A stretch of 64,000 nucleotides of DNA, taken from the NCBI GenBank assembly GCA_947629265.1, contig CANRCZ010000003.1, positions 8,359-72,358 on the forward strand, given 5' to 3'. This DNA is from an uncultured Bacilli bacterium (lineage in GTDB: Bacteria > Bacillota_I > Bacilli_A > RF39 > UBA660). The notes below the pieces were generated by a model. The model saw only the letters and a list, made by a program, of their open reading frames with translations. It was not told the origin of the DNA and did not search any database. The position numbers and the translations under genes are program-made. Below, piece by piece: positions 45,469 through 55,709 of this stretch (positions are counted from its first letter, which is position 1; each line of letters starts with the position of its first letter).

Positions 45469-45607
45469 AAATCCTCCTTTATATTTATTTTAATTATATT
45501 TATATTATAGGTGTAGAAAATGTTTAAAACTTAGTTTGATATTATAATACAACCAATTAAGTGTGTCAATAAGTTTATTTATTAAACATTTTATCGACAT
45601 TTATTTG

Positions 45608-46957
45608 TCAGTTAATGGTCTTAATCAATTTTTTTATTTCAATTTCTAGGTTAGGATCTTTCGCTATCTGTTTTTTAATCTTTTCAACAGCATGCATAAC
45701 GGTCGTATGGGTTTTTCCACCAAATTCGATACCTATTTTAGCGAGTGGTTGATCGAATTCTAGTCTACATATGTACATAGCTATTTGTCTAGGGGTATTG
45801 ATATTCGCTAATCTTTTAGTACCTCTTATTTCTTCAAGGGTTATATTATAATGTTCGGCTACAACTTGTTGGACTTGTTGAATTTTATTTTTAGAATGAA
45901 GATTGTCTTTAAATTCTTCTTTTAAAGCTTCCATCGCGATATCTAAAGTAATAATACCGGAGTTCATCATCGTTGCATAAGCGACAACTCTCGTGATCGT
46001 ACCCTCTAGTTTTCTTATGTCACTAGTACAGTTACTAGCGATATATTCTTTAACATTTTGTGGAAAATTACCGTTTATCATGTGACCCGCTACTTTATTG
46101 TCGATAATATCCATCCTTAAATTAAATTCTGGTGGTAGAATATCGATGCTTAAGCCCCATGTAAACCTAGTTCTAAGTCTTTCTTCTAGTAATTTTAAGT
46201 CTTCTGGCGATCTATCTGATGATATTATTATTTGTTTATTATTGTCGTGTAGGACATTAAAGGTATTGAAAAATTCTTGTTGTGTCTGATTAGCGCTACC
46301 TAAGTACTGAATATCATCGATAATAAGAACGTCAATATCTCGGTATTTCTTTTTGAAAAATTCGACATTATCAAAGTTATTATTAGCTTTTTTACGACTA
46401 ATACCGACAAAATCATCAACAAATTGTTCACAAGTAACATATAGAACTTTTTTCTTGCTGTTATTTACAATATAGTTACCAATAGCATGCATCAGGTGGG
46501 TTTTACCAAGTCCGCTCGAACTATACATAAATAAAGGATTATACATTGTACCTGGGTGTTCAGCGACTGCTAAAGCTGTAAGTTTCGCTAATCTGTTGCT
46601 CTCTCCTACGATGAAATTATCGAATGTATATTTAGAATTTAAGTTCGATTCAAATGCTAAAGTTGATGGAACACCGATATCATCAGTATCAATTTCAATA
46701 TTTTTTTCGATTTCTTCTGGTAATAGATATTCAAATTTAAAGTTAGAACCCGCGATTTCATTAAATATTTCTACTATTAATGAGTTATAGTTTTCTTTTA
46801 AATTCTTTTTAGTGACATGATAAGGTACGATGACCTTGGCGGTATCACCACTTAAATCATATAGTTCGGTATTAGAAAACCATGTTTCAAATGCCATCGG
46901 AGATAATTCTGGTTTGATTTTTTCTAAAAATGCATTCCATAGTTTTATCTTATCCAC
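45608..46957 (-). CDS. dnaA: Chromosomal replication initiator DnaA (GTG start)
   Basis: 449-aa ORF with an AAA+ domain (GLGKTHLMHAIGN) and a C-terminal DnaA-box-binding HTH. Confidence 0.95.
   Translation of the reverse strand: MDKIKLWNAFLEKIKPELSPMAFETWFSNTELYDLSGDTAKVIVPYHVTKKNLKENYNSLIVEIFNEIAGSNFKFEYLLPEEIEKNIEIDTDDIGVPSTLAFESNLNSKYTFDNFIVGESNRLAKLTALAVAEHPGTMYNPLFMYSSSGLGKTHLMHAIGNYIVNNSKKKVLYVTCEQFVDDFVGISRKKANNNFDNVEFFKKKYRDIDVLIIDDIQYLGSANQTQQEFFNTFNVLHDNNKQIIISSDRSPEDLKLLEERLRTRFTWGLSIDILPPEFNLRMDIIDNKVAGHMINGNFPQNVKEYIASNCTSDIRKLEGTITRVVAYATMMNSGIITLDIAMEALKEEFKDNLHSKNKIQQVQQVVAEHYNITLEEIRGTKRLANINTPRQIAMYICRLEFDQPLAKIGIEFGGKTHTTVMHAVEKIKKQIAKDPNLEIEIKKLIKTIN
46949..46957 (+). promoter_or_regulatory. 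Perfect consensus DnaA box TTATCCACA overlapping the dnaA start codon
   Basis: The sequence reads cttatccacaacc; the last three bases (CAC) are the reverse complement of the dnaA GTG start. Confidence 0.5.
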
Positions 46958-47440
46958 AACCAGTCACCTCCATATAAAGTTAAATCTACTTACATTGTAC
47001 TACCTTTTTAAGTAAAAAAAAAGAAAAAATGTCGAAAAAAGTAATAAAAAATGAAATAAACAGACTTTTGAACATTAAATTTATCATATTTTATCAAAGT
47101 TTAGAAAGTTTTGAACAATTTTGTCGACAATTTTAATTAAAATTAGCCTAATGTTGAAAGTTTTATACACTAAAATGTTCAAAACTATGTATATTTATTA
47201 AAATACTTGATGATTTGAATGTTTAAAACTATGTTAAAAGATAAAAATTAGAATAATTTTGATAATCTGATATGTTCAATACTAATTATTTATCCAAATT
47301 TTAGACATTAAATAATTAAAAAATTAGAAATAATACTAAAAAAGCTATAATAAACATAAACTTTTAATTGACAAAAGCAGATTTAATCTATATAATTGAA
47401 AGAGCAATGCAAAAATTATAGATAATAGGAGGTGTATGCT
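46958..47440. other. oriC: Candidate oriC / divergent promoter region between dnaA and rpmH. Very AT-rich, with repeated AATGTT(C/T)AAAACTATG and TTTTGAACA motifs and a TTATCCAAA box.
   Basis: dnaA-rpmH divergent arrangement. Motifs at ~47061, 47108, 47174, 47218, 47270 and 47291. A related copy sits at ~45521 in the dnaA-dnaN spacer. Confidence 0.45.
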
Positions 47441-47563
47441 ATGAAAAGAACATTCCAACCTAATAATAGAAAAAGAAGTAAAAAACAAGGTTTTTTTTCT
47501 CGTATGAAATCTGGAATAATAAATCGTAGAAGAAAAAAAGGAAGAAAAGTATTATCTAGATAA
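47441..47563 (+). CDS. rpmH: 50S ribosomal protein L34 (40 aa)
   Basis: ATG preceded by AGGAGG. Translation [40 protein letters not shown]. Upstream of rnpA. Confidence 0.85.
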   Translation: MKRTFQPNNRKRSKKQGFFSRMKSGIINRRRKKGRKVLSR

Positions 47564-47610
47564 ATCAACCACTTTTTAGTGGCTTTTTCTTTAGAAAGAC
47601 GAGTGATGTA

Positions 47611-47934
47611 ATGAAAAAAATCAACATTTTAAAATCAAATCTTGATTTTAATCGAATAATTAGAACTTATAAACCAATCAAAAGTAAAAATTTTGTAATA
47701 TATTTTGAATATAATACTAATGACACTTATCATTTTGGTATATCAGTATCTAAAAAAATCGGTAATGCTGTTACTAGAAATAAATATAAAAGAAGAATAA
47801 GATCCATAATTTCTAAAAAAAGCTATAAAAATAATTTCAATTGTATTATAATATTAAAGAAGAGTGTTTTAGAATGTAGTTATAAAGAATTAGAAGAGGA
47901 ATTATTAGATAATATGAAAAAGGTGATTAAATGA
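47611..47934 (+). CDS. rnpA: Ribonuclease P protein component
   Basis: 107-aa basic ORF between rpmH and yidC. Confidence 0.85.
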   Translation: MKKINILKSNLDFNRIIRTYKPIKSKNFVIYFEYNTNDTYHFGISVSKKIGNAVTRNKYKRRIRSIISKKSYKNNFNCIIILKKSVLECSYKELEEELLDNMKKVIK

Positions 47935-48947
47935 AAAAGAACATAATAAAGATAAGTGCCATTATTTTGATGGTTATCAGTTTAACAGGTTGTACCAAAT
48001 ACGTAAAAATTAACAAAAATCAGATTAAAAATAACGAAACCGGTCAAGTATTAGTTAAAAATATCTTGTGTAAAACCGATAATATCGAAAAAGAATACGA
48101 TAAAGCTTTTAAAGAATATTATGATAAATTAGATAAAGATGAAAAAATTAAAGATAAAGATAAAAAAGAAGCATTAAATTCAATTGAAAAAGTAACGAAA
48201 GAAATGAATATTTCTAAACTACAAAATTGTCAAGATATGAAAATTGTCGGTACTTACGATGGTTTATGGACAACTTTCTTCGTAAGACCACTAGCGTGGA
48301 TTATCATTAACTTAGGTAAATTAGTAAAAAGCTACGGTCTATCACTTATCATTATAACTATTCTAATTAGATTGATCGTTTGGCCATTTACTAAAAAGAC
48401 CGCTATGCAATCTGAAAATCTAAAGAAAGCGCAACCAGAATTAGAAAAATTAGAAAAGAAATATCGCAATAAAACTGATCAACAAAGTCAGATGCAAAAA
48501 AGTCAAGAAATGTTATTCATATATAAGAAATATAACATTAATCCAATGTCCAGCTGTCTATTTGCTTTCATTCAAATTCCATTATTCTTTGCATTCTTAG
48601 AAGCTATAAATAGAATACCAGCTATCTTTGAAGAAACGTTCTTAGGTTTCCAATTAGGAACGAGTCCTTTAACCGCTATCTTAAAAGGTGAATATATATA
48701 TATAATATTGATAGTTATTATCCCCGTAGCGACATATTATTCATTTAAGTTAAATGCTACAGCATCGATGAATAAAGAGCAGGAAGCTCAAATGAAGATG
48801 ATGACTAATATTATGGTCGTATTTATGACTATTACCGCTGGTAGTATATCAAGTGGTATCGCTATATACTGGATCGTCTCACAATTATTTACTATAGCAC
48901 AAAACTTATTAGTTAAAAGGAGTAAGGATAATGTTAAAAATAAATGA
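47931..48947 (+). CDS. yidC: Membrane protein insertase YidC/Oxa1 (lipoprotein-type signal, LTGC)
   Basis: 338-aa ORF with a lipobox N-terminus and about five TM helices; synteny rnpA-yidC-jag. Confidence 0.85.
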   Translation: MKKNIIKISAIILMVISLTGCTKYVKINKNQIKNNETGQVLVKNILCKTDNIEKEYDKAFKEYYDKLDKDEKIKDKDKKEALNSIEKVTKEMNISKLQNCQDMKIVGTYDGLWTTFFVRPLAWIIINLGKLVKSYGLSLIIITILIRLIVWPFTKKTAMQSENLKKAQPELEKLEKKYRNKTDQQSQMQKSQEMLFIYKKYNINPMSSCLFAFIQIPLFFAFLEAINRIPAIFEETFLGFQLGTSPLTAILKGEYIYIILIVIIPVATYYSFKLNATASMNKEQEAQMKMMTNIMVVFMTITAGSISSGIAIYWIVSQLFTIAQNLLVKRSKDNVKNK

Positions 48948-49545
48948 GTTCGAGGGTAAAACCTTAGAAGAAGCAACTAATAAAGCTATAACAGAATTAA
49001 ATGCTAACTTAGATGAAATATTTATTAGTGATAGTGTCGAAGAAACTGGAAAATTATTTAAAAGTACCAAACATGTGATTAAAGTTATCGAGGTAACAGA
49101 ATTAAAAAGATATATAAAGGAGATCATCGCTGATTTAAGTAGATTATTAGAAATTGATCTAAATTCAGAAATAAGAGTTCATGAAAATATCTTCAATGTT
49201 CTACTAGTATCATCAAATAATGCTATATTAATAGGAAAAGAGGGTAAAACTTTAGAAGCTATCCAAACTTTAATAAGACAGATTGTTCAAAACAATACTG
49301 ATATGGATATAAAAGTCAATATCGATATCGCTGATTATAAAAATAATAAAATTAAAAACTTAGAACGCGTTGTTAAAAAAATAGCATATGAGGTTCAAAA
49401 AAGTAAAGTTGAAGCTTCATTAGATCCAATGAATTCTTTTGAAAGAAGAGCTATTCATAATTTAATTAAAGATATGGATCATTTAACAACCGAAAGTATC
49501 GGTGAGGGTAAAAATAGACATATCGTCATAAAATATGTAGAATAA
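48931..49545 (+). CDS. jag: RNA-binding protein Jag/KhpB (KH + R3H domains)
   Basis: 204-aa ORF; synteny after yidC. Confidence 0.8.
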   Translation: MLKINEFEGKTLEEATNKAITELNANLDEIFISDSVEETGKLFKSTKHVIKVIEVTELKRYIKEIIADLSRLLEIDLNSEIRVHENIFNVLLVSSNNAILIGKEGKTLEAIQTLIRQIVQNNTDMDIKVNIDIADYKNNKIKNLERVVKKIAYEVQKSKVEASLDPMNSFERRAIHNLIKDMDHLTTESIGEGKNRHIVIKYVE

Positions 49546-49582
49546 TGTTTTATAACATTATTTTTTTAAGAAAGGTGATTAA

Positions 49583-50080
49583 ATGAAAAAAAAATATTAC
49601 GAAGAATATTTAAAAATCATTGATCCTATTATAAATAACGAAGAATATATCAAAAGAAAAACGTACCGTCATCATCAAAATAAAACCGTCTATGATCATT
49701 GTCTTCAAGTATCTTACTTATCTTATAAAATTGCTAGACCTATACCTTATATTGATGAAAAAAGTGTAGCTATCGGCGGTATCTTACATGATTTTTATAA
49801 TGAACCTTGGATGCATAAAAAAGAAAGAGCACCTTTTTTTAAAAAGCATGGTTTTGTTCATGCTAAAGAAGCTTTAGATAATTCCTATAAATATTTTCCC
49901 GAGTTAATGAATAAAAAAACCGCTAATGTCATCTTAAGACACATGTTTCCTCTTAATATCGTTCCACCTAAATATTTAGAAAGTTGGATTGTAACGATGG
50001 TCGATAAGATTGTTTCGATGGAAATTTTCTTTCAAAAAGAAACCTTGTCACAAATATTTAAAATAGGAAGGAGTGTCTAA
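49583..50080 (+). CDS. HD-domain phosphohydrolase-like protein
   Basis: 165-aa ORF with H...HD-type residues (GGILHDFYNEPW). Confidence 0.45.
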   Translation: MKKKYYEEYLKIIDPIINNEEYIKRKTYRHHQNKTVYDHCLQVSYLSYKIARPIPYIDEKSVAIGGILHDFYNEPWMHKKERAPFFKKHGFVHAKEALDNSYKYFPELMNKKTANVILRHMFPLNIVPPKYLESWIVTMVDKIVSMEIFFQKETLSQIFKIGRSV

Positions 50081-51436
50081 ATGGATACAACTATAGCAGC
50101 GATTTCAACCTCTTTATCACCATCTTCGATATCGATAATAAGAGTAAGTGGTAAAGATGCCATATCTATAACTAATAAGATATTTAAAGGTAAAGATTTA
50201 GATAAAGTAAAAAGTCATACGATTAATTATGGTTATATCGTCGATAATGATGAAATAGTCGACGAGGTATTAGTATCAGTTATGCGAGCTCCTAAAACTT
50301 TTACGATGGAAGATGTAACCGAAATAAATTGTCACGGTGGAATTATTCCTACTAAAAGAGTCCTAGAATTATTATATCTAAATGGCTGTGTTCCCGCTGA
50401 ACCTGGTGAATTTACTAAAAGAGCATTTTTAAATGGTCGCATTGATTTATTAGAAGCTGAATCAGTTATGGATTTAATCGAAGCTAAAACCGATGAAATG
50501 GGAGCTATCGCTATCAATCAACTAAGTGGACAAGTTTCTAATATGATAAAAGAATTAAGAAATGAGGTTATGGATGTTCTAGCGAATATCGAGGTTAATA
50601 TCGATTATCCAGAATATGATGATATCGAACAAATAACTAATAAAAAAGTTTTTGATAAATTAAATAATATCAAAGATAAAATTGAAATAATTTTAAAAAA
50701 TAGTGAAAATGGTCAACTATATAAAACCGGTATTAAAACAGCCATCATCGGTAAACCAAATGTCGGTAAAAGTAGCTTACTTAATAATTTATTAGAAGAA
50801 GAAAAAGCGATTGTAACTGATATCGAGGGTACAACTAGAGATATTGTCGAGGGACAGATCAATTTAAACGGTGTAATTTTAAATCTAATCGATACCGCTG
50901 GTATAAGAAAAACTAATGATATTATCGAAGAAATCGGTGTAAATAAAAGTATTAAAATGATCGAAGAAGCTGATTTAATACTATATTTATTAAATAATAA
51001 TGAAGAAATTACCGAAAACGATATCAAATTAATTAATGAAATAAAAAATAAAAATCATATTATCATTATCAATAAAATCGATTTAGAAAATAAATTAAAC
51101 ATTGATAATTTAAATTTAGATAATGTTATTAAAATAAGTATTAAAGAAAATACTGGTATCGATGATTTAAAAAATAAGATAATTGAATTATTCAATTTAA
51201 ACAAAATCACTAATAAAGATATGAAATATTTAACTAATGCTAGAAGCATATCCCTTTTAAGACAATCATTAGATATTGTAAATGAAATACTATCTAATAA
51301 CTATGAAGACGTATTGATCGATATGTTAGAAATAGATATTAAATCACTATGGGAAAAACTAGGTTCAATTATCGGTGAAACATATGATGATGAATTAATA
51401 GATCAAATATTCAGTCGCTTTTGTCTTGGAAAATAA
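50081..51436 (+). CDS. mnmE: tRNA modification GTPase MnmE
   Basis: 451-aa ORF with a G-domain (GKPNVGKSSLLN, DTAG) and a C-terminal ...CLGK tail. Confidence 0.9.
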   Translation: MDTTIAAISTSLSPSSISIIRVSGKDAISITNKIFKGKDLDKVKSHTINYGYIVDNDEIVDEVLVSVMRAPKTFTMEDVTEINCHGGIIPTKRVLELLYLNGCVPAEPGEFTKRAFLNGRIDLLEAESVMDLIEAKTDEMGAIAINQLSGQVSNMIKELRNEVMDVLANIEVNIDYPEYDDIEQITNKKVFDKLNNIKDKIEIILKNSENGQLYKTGIKTAIIGKPNVGKSSLLNNLLEEEKAIVTDIEGTTRDIVEGQINLNGVILNLIDTAGIRKTNDIIEEIGVNKSIKMIEEADLILYLLNNNEEITENDIKLINEIKNKNHIIIINKIDLENKLNIDNLNLDNVIKISIKENTGIDDLKNKIIELFNLNKITNKDMKYLTNARSISLLRQSLDIVNEILSNNYEDVLIDMLEIDIKSLWEKLGSIIGETYDDELIDQIFSRFCLGK

Positions 51437-51513
51437 TTCACAAAAATGTGAATTTTTTTAAGATATCATTTGTAATTAAAATATATAAATAGTATAATAC
51501 AAAAAGACAGGAA

Positions 51514-53397
51514 GTGACCAAATTGAAATATGAAATAATCGTTGTCGGTGGTGGTCATGCTGGATGTGAAGCATCGTTAGCATGCGCTAGAAAAAATCAT
51601 CAAACATTATTAATAACTGGTAATATAAATAATATCGCTGATATGCCTTGTAATCCATCAATTGGTGGATCCGCTAAAGGAATTGTCGTAAGAGAAATCG
51701 ATGCCTTAGGTGGTGAAATGGGTAAAAATGCTGATAAAGCTCAAATTCAAATTAAAATGTTGAACTATAAAAAAGGTCCAGCTGTTCAAGCTTTAAGAGC
51801 CCAAGCTGATAAAATAACTTATCCTAAAGAAATGTTAAAAACATTAAAAAGTACGAAAAATCTAGAAATTAAAGAAGCTATGGTTGAAGACTTAATCGTA
51901 AGTGATAATAAAATTAAAGGTGTTATTTTAAGTAACGGTGAAAAAATTTATTGTGATGCTTTAATTTTAACAACTGGTACTTATTTAAAAGCTGATATAT
52001 TAGTAGGTAATACTAGAAGAAGAGAGGGACCACATGGTGAAAAGCCATCTAATTATTTAAGTGATAACTTAAAAAAATTAGGTTTTAAAATTAAAAGATT
52101 AAAAACAGGAACACCACAGCGTATCGCGAAAGATAGTATCGATTTTGAAAAAACAAAAATTGAATACGGTGATGATACCTATCATACCTTTAGTTTTGAT
52201 GATAAACCTAATTATAAAATTGAAGATCAAATACCATGTCATTTAGTATATACAAATGCCCTTACCCATAAAATAATAAGAGATAATTTAAGTAAATCTA
52301 GTATGTATGGTGGTTTAGATGATATTGAGGGAGTTGGTCCTAGATATTGTCCATCTATTGAAGATAAAGTCGTACGTTTCGCTGATAAAGAAAAACACCA
52401 GTTATTTTTAGAGCCAGAAAGTTTATATTATGATGATATCTATATCCAAGGTTTTTCAACATCGATGCCTCATGATATCCAAGAAGAAATGGTTCATAGT
52501 ATCGTTGGTCTTGAACATGCTAAAATCTTAAAATATGCTTATGCTATCGAATATGATGCTATCTACCCTACTCAGTTAAAAAGGTCACTAGAAACAAAAA
52601 TAATTGAAAACTTATTTACCGCTGGTCAAATAAATGGAACGAGTGGTTATGAAGAAGCTGCTTGTCAAGGTTTAATCGCTGGAATAAATGCTTCTTTAAA
52701 ACTAGAGGGTAAAGAACCATTAATATTAAAAAGAAATGAAGCTTATATTGGTGTTTTAATCGATGATTTAGTTTCAAAAGGTATTAAAGATCCATATCGA
52801 TTACTTACCTCACGAGCTGAATATAGATTATTATTACGTCACGATAATGCTGATTTAAGACTTAGAGAACATGGTTATCAAGTTGGTTTGATCGATGAAG
52901 AACGTTATCAAAAATATTTAGATAAAATTAAAGATATTGAAAAATTGAAAGAAGAATTAAAAATCACTAAATTAAAACCAACGGAAGAGGTCAATAATTA
53001 CTTAATATCATTATCATCCGCTCCTTTAAAAGATGGTATATCATTATATGATTTATTAAAAAGAACGGAAATAAATTTTGAAAATATTGAAAAATACTTT
53101 AAATTTGATTACGATGATGAGATTAAAGAAGAGGTTTTAATTCAAATTAAATACGAGGGTTATATTAAAAAAGCGAACGCTGAAGCTTTAAAAATGATAA
53201 AATTAGAAAATCAAAAAATACCTGATGATATCGATTATCAAAAAATAAGAAATATCGCTAGTGAAGCTAGGCAAAAATTAGAAGAGGTTAGACCAGAATC
53301 AATCGGTCAAGCTATAAGAATAAGTGGTGTAAATCCAACTGATATATCAATATTATCAGTATATATTAAAAAGGAATATCGAAATGAACAAAGATAA
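51514..53397 (+). CDS. mnmG: tRNA uridine 5-carboxymethylaminomethyl modification enzyme MnmG. The probable real start is the TTG at 51523, preceded by AGGAAG.
   Basis: 627-aa ORF with an FAD motif (IVVGGGHAGCEA). A TATAAT sits at 51493-51498. Confidence 0.93.
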   Translation: MTKLKYEIIVVGGGHAGCEASLACARKNHQTLLITGNINNIADMPCNPSIGGSAKGIVVREIDALGGEMGKNADKAQIQIKMLNYKKGPAVQALRAQADKITYPKEMLKTLKSTKNLEIKEAMVEDLIVSDNKIKGVILSNGEKIYCDALILTTGTYLKADILVGNTRRREGPHGEKPSNYLSDNLKKLGFKIKRLKTGTPQRIAKDSIDFEKTKIEYGDDTYHTFSFDDKPNYKIEDQIPCHLVYTNALTHKIIRDNLSKSSMYGGLDDIEGVGPRYCPSIEDKVVRFADKEKHQLFLEPESLYYDDIYIQGFSTSMPHDIQEEMVHSIVGLEHAKILKYAYAIEYDAIYPTQLKRSLETKIIENLFTAGQINGTSGYEEAACQGLIAGINASLKLEGKEPLILKRNEAYIGVLIDDLVSKGIKDPYRLLTSRAEYRLLLRHDNADLRLREHGYQVGLIDEERYQKYLDKIKDIEKLKEELKITKLKPTEEVNNYLISLSSAPLKDGISLYDLLKRTEINFENIEKYFKFDYDDEIKEEVLIQIKYEGYIKKANAEALKMIKLENQKIPDDIDYQKIRNIASEARQKLEEVRPESIGQAIRISGVNPTDISILSVYIKKEYRNEQR

Positions 53398-54088
53398 ATT
53401 TATAGAAGAATTAAAAAAAATTAATATTGTAATTAATGATGATCAACTTGATAAGTTAGAAGAATATTACAATATATTGATTGAACAAAATAAAGTTATG
53501 AATTTAACAGGTATAACCTTAAAAGAAGACGTTTATTTAAAACACTTTTATGATAGTTTAACTTTAAATAAAATCATTGATCTTAATAATATAACTACCC
53601 TACTTGATATGGGAACAGGTGCTGGTTTTCCAGGTTTAGTAATTAAGATTGTCTTTCCAAATATTAAAGTAACTTTAGTTGATGCTTTAAATAAACGGGT
53701 AAATTTTTTAAATATGGTTAAAGAAAAATTAGGATTAGATGATTTAGAAATCATTCATGCAAGATGTGAAGAATATGCTAAAGAAATAAAAGAAAAATAT
53801 GATCTTGTAACCGCTAGAGCGGTCGCTCATCTATCTAATTTATTAGAGTATTCAGCTTCAACTATTAAAATAAATGGTTATTTTGTAGCTATGAAAGCTA
53901 ATATCGATGAGGAATTAAAAGAAAGTGAAAATGCTTTAGAAAAGTTAAATTTAAAATTGGATGAAAAATTAGAATTTAATTTACCGATTGAAAATAGTAA
54001 AAGAACTTTGTTAAAATTTAAAAAAATTTCTAAAACAAGTAGTAAGTATCCTAGAAATTATAATGAAATTAAAAAGAAAAGGTTATAA
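53384..54088 (+). CDS. rsmG: 16S rRNA (guanine527-N7)-methyltransferase
   Basis: 234-aa ORF with the SAM motif LDMGTGAGFPGLV; synteny after mnmG. Confidence 0.9.
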   Translation: MNKDKFIEELKKINIVINDDQLDKLEEYYNILIEQNKVMNLTGITLKEDVYLKHFYDSLTLNKIIDLNNITTLLDMGTGAGFPGLVIKIVFPNIKVTLVDALNKRVNFLNMVKEKLGLDDLEIIHARCEEYAKEIKEKYDLVTARAVAHLSNLLEYSASTIKINGYFVAMKANIDEELKESENALEKLNLKLDEKLEFNLPIENSKRTLLKFKKISKTSSKYPRNYNEIKKKRL

Positions 54089-54124
54089 AATACGTCATAA
54101 TGATAGACGTATTTTTAATACACT

Positions 54125-54568
54125 TTATAAATTGTTGTTAGTAGGAACTATATAGCCATCACAGTGTTTACATTTAAAGATCGGTTCGGAATTTAATTGA
54201 TTACCTACTTTATTAGCGGTTTTGATTAATTCAACTAGATCGTAAGGAATTTCTGTTTCATAATCGCATCTATTACATTTATATTTTTTAAAGTTATTAT
54301 TATCTATGTTATTAGTTTCTAAATTTTTATTATCTTCATCGATAAAAAATTTATACATATCAACGCCTAATATTAAGGAAATTCTATATAAAGCACCTAA
54401 TGAAAAAGATTGGTGTTTTTTACTTTCTAATCCTGAAACAAATGAAAGAGAATAGTTTATTTTTTCCGCTAATTTGGCTTGTGTTAACTTTTTTTCTTTA
54501 CGATATTTTTTAACATTTAAACCAACAACTCCATATATATAATTTTCATCATCTTTATTAAATGTCAT
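54125..54568 (-). CDS. XRE-family HTH regulator with a C-terminal CxxC...CxxC zinc-ribbon-like domain, divergent from family paralogue 2
   Basis: 147-aa ORF with an HTH (LTQAKLAEKINYSLSFVSGLE) and Cys pairs (CNRCDYE...CKHCDG). Confidence 0.6.
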   Translation of the reverse strand: MTFNKDDENYIYGVVGLNVKKYRKEKKLTQAKLAEKINYSLSFVSGLESKKHQSFSLGALYRISLILGVDMYKFFIDEDNKNLETNNIDNNNFKKYKCNRCDYETEIPYDLVELIKTANKVGNQLNSEPIFKCKHCDGYIVPTNNNL

Positions 54569-54714
54569 AATCCACCTCTAGTAATATTATCTAATATAAA
54601 TGTCATTAATTTATAGTAATATTTGTACAATTATTATTTAATTTTTTATAAAAATTGTAAAAATAATACAACTTTTCATATAATTATGGTATAATATTGT
54701 AAAAATAGAGGGAG

Positions 54715-55593
54715 ATGATTATGAAAATGTTTAATTATTTGAAAAAATATTACAAGTTAGTTATATCATTTGTTTTAGGTGTAATGATAACTACTATGGT
54801 AGGTTATGGAGTTGGTTATGCTGTTGATAATATACCTAGTGATGGTGTTAGTTATGTAAAGAATAATAAAACTATTACTGTTAAACAAGCTTTAGATGAG
54901 TTAATAAATACGTCACTAACTAGAATTGATGATTTGGAAGCAAAGGCTAAAATTTATAAGTATGCTTATTTATATGATGCCGTTAATGTTGGAGATTATG
55001 TAGATTATGATGCTGGTAATTGGACAGCTGACGTTCCAATACCAAGTGTAGTAGGAGAATTTGGTGGATATAAAGCTAATACAAGTAAAAATGCTAGTGT
55101 GGTATGTTGGGAGCCAAGAGGTACAACAGACTTGAAAGGCTGGCGTGTACTTAAAAAAGTAAATAACCAAGTCTACCTAGTCCACGCTGGCCAACCTGAG
55201 TGTCATTATCACAAAAATGGATATAATGATACAAGTATCGAAGCTTTAAATAAACGAGCAAATGAATATAAGAATGAATATGCGGTGTCCGCTCATGCTA
55301 TGAATTATCAAGAAGCATATGATATTGATAAAACTGAATTAGATGTTGCTACCAATAATGATTTACGAAAAACTGGAGCATTTTATTATCTGGCAACACC
55401 TTACCAAACTGAAGATGATAAAAATTGGTTGTATGGTGTTAGGCAAGATGGTGCTATAACTTATATAGGTTATGCAACTGGTCTAGCGACTGGCTTTCGT
55501 CCTGTTGTAGTTTTAAAAGCAGGTATTTTAACGACAGGAAAAGGAACAGATGAATTTGGACAACCTGCATGGAAACTAGTTGAAATGAAATAA
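54715..55593 (+). CDS. Secreted/surface protein, paralogue 2 (intact ATG start, no poly-G)
   Basis: 292-aa ORF sharing the family motifs. RBS gagggag. A TGgTATAAT extended -10 sits at ~54680. Confidence 0.8.
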   Translation: MIMKMFNYLKKYYKLVISFVLGVMITTMVGYGVGYAVDNIPSDGVSYVKNNKTITVKQALDELINTSLTRIDDLEAKAKIYKYAYLYDAVNVGDYVDYDAGNWTADVPIPSVVGEFGGYKANTSKNASVVCWEPRGTTDLKGWRVLKKVNNQVYLVHAGQPECHYHKNGYNDTSIEALNKRANEYKNEYAVSAHAMNYQEAYDIDKTELDVATNNDLRKTGAFYYLATPYQTEDDKNWLYGVRQDGAITYIGYATGLATGFRPVVVLKAGILTTGKGTDEFGQPAWKLVEMK

Positions 55594-55709
55594 TGTAGTT
55601 GAGCTGATAATTCAACTTTTTTTCTTTCACCAAAATAAAACAGTATTGAAAATATAATATAAATTTAGTATAATTGATATGTAAAATAAAATAGGAGTAG
55701 ACAAGAAAA

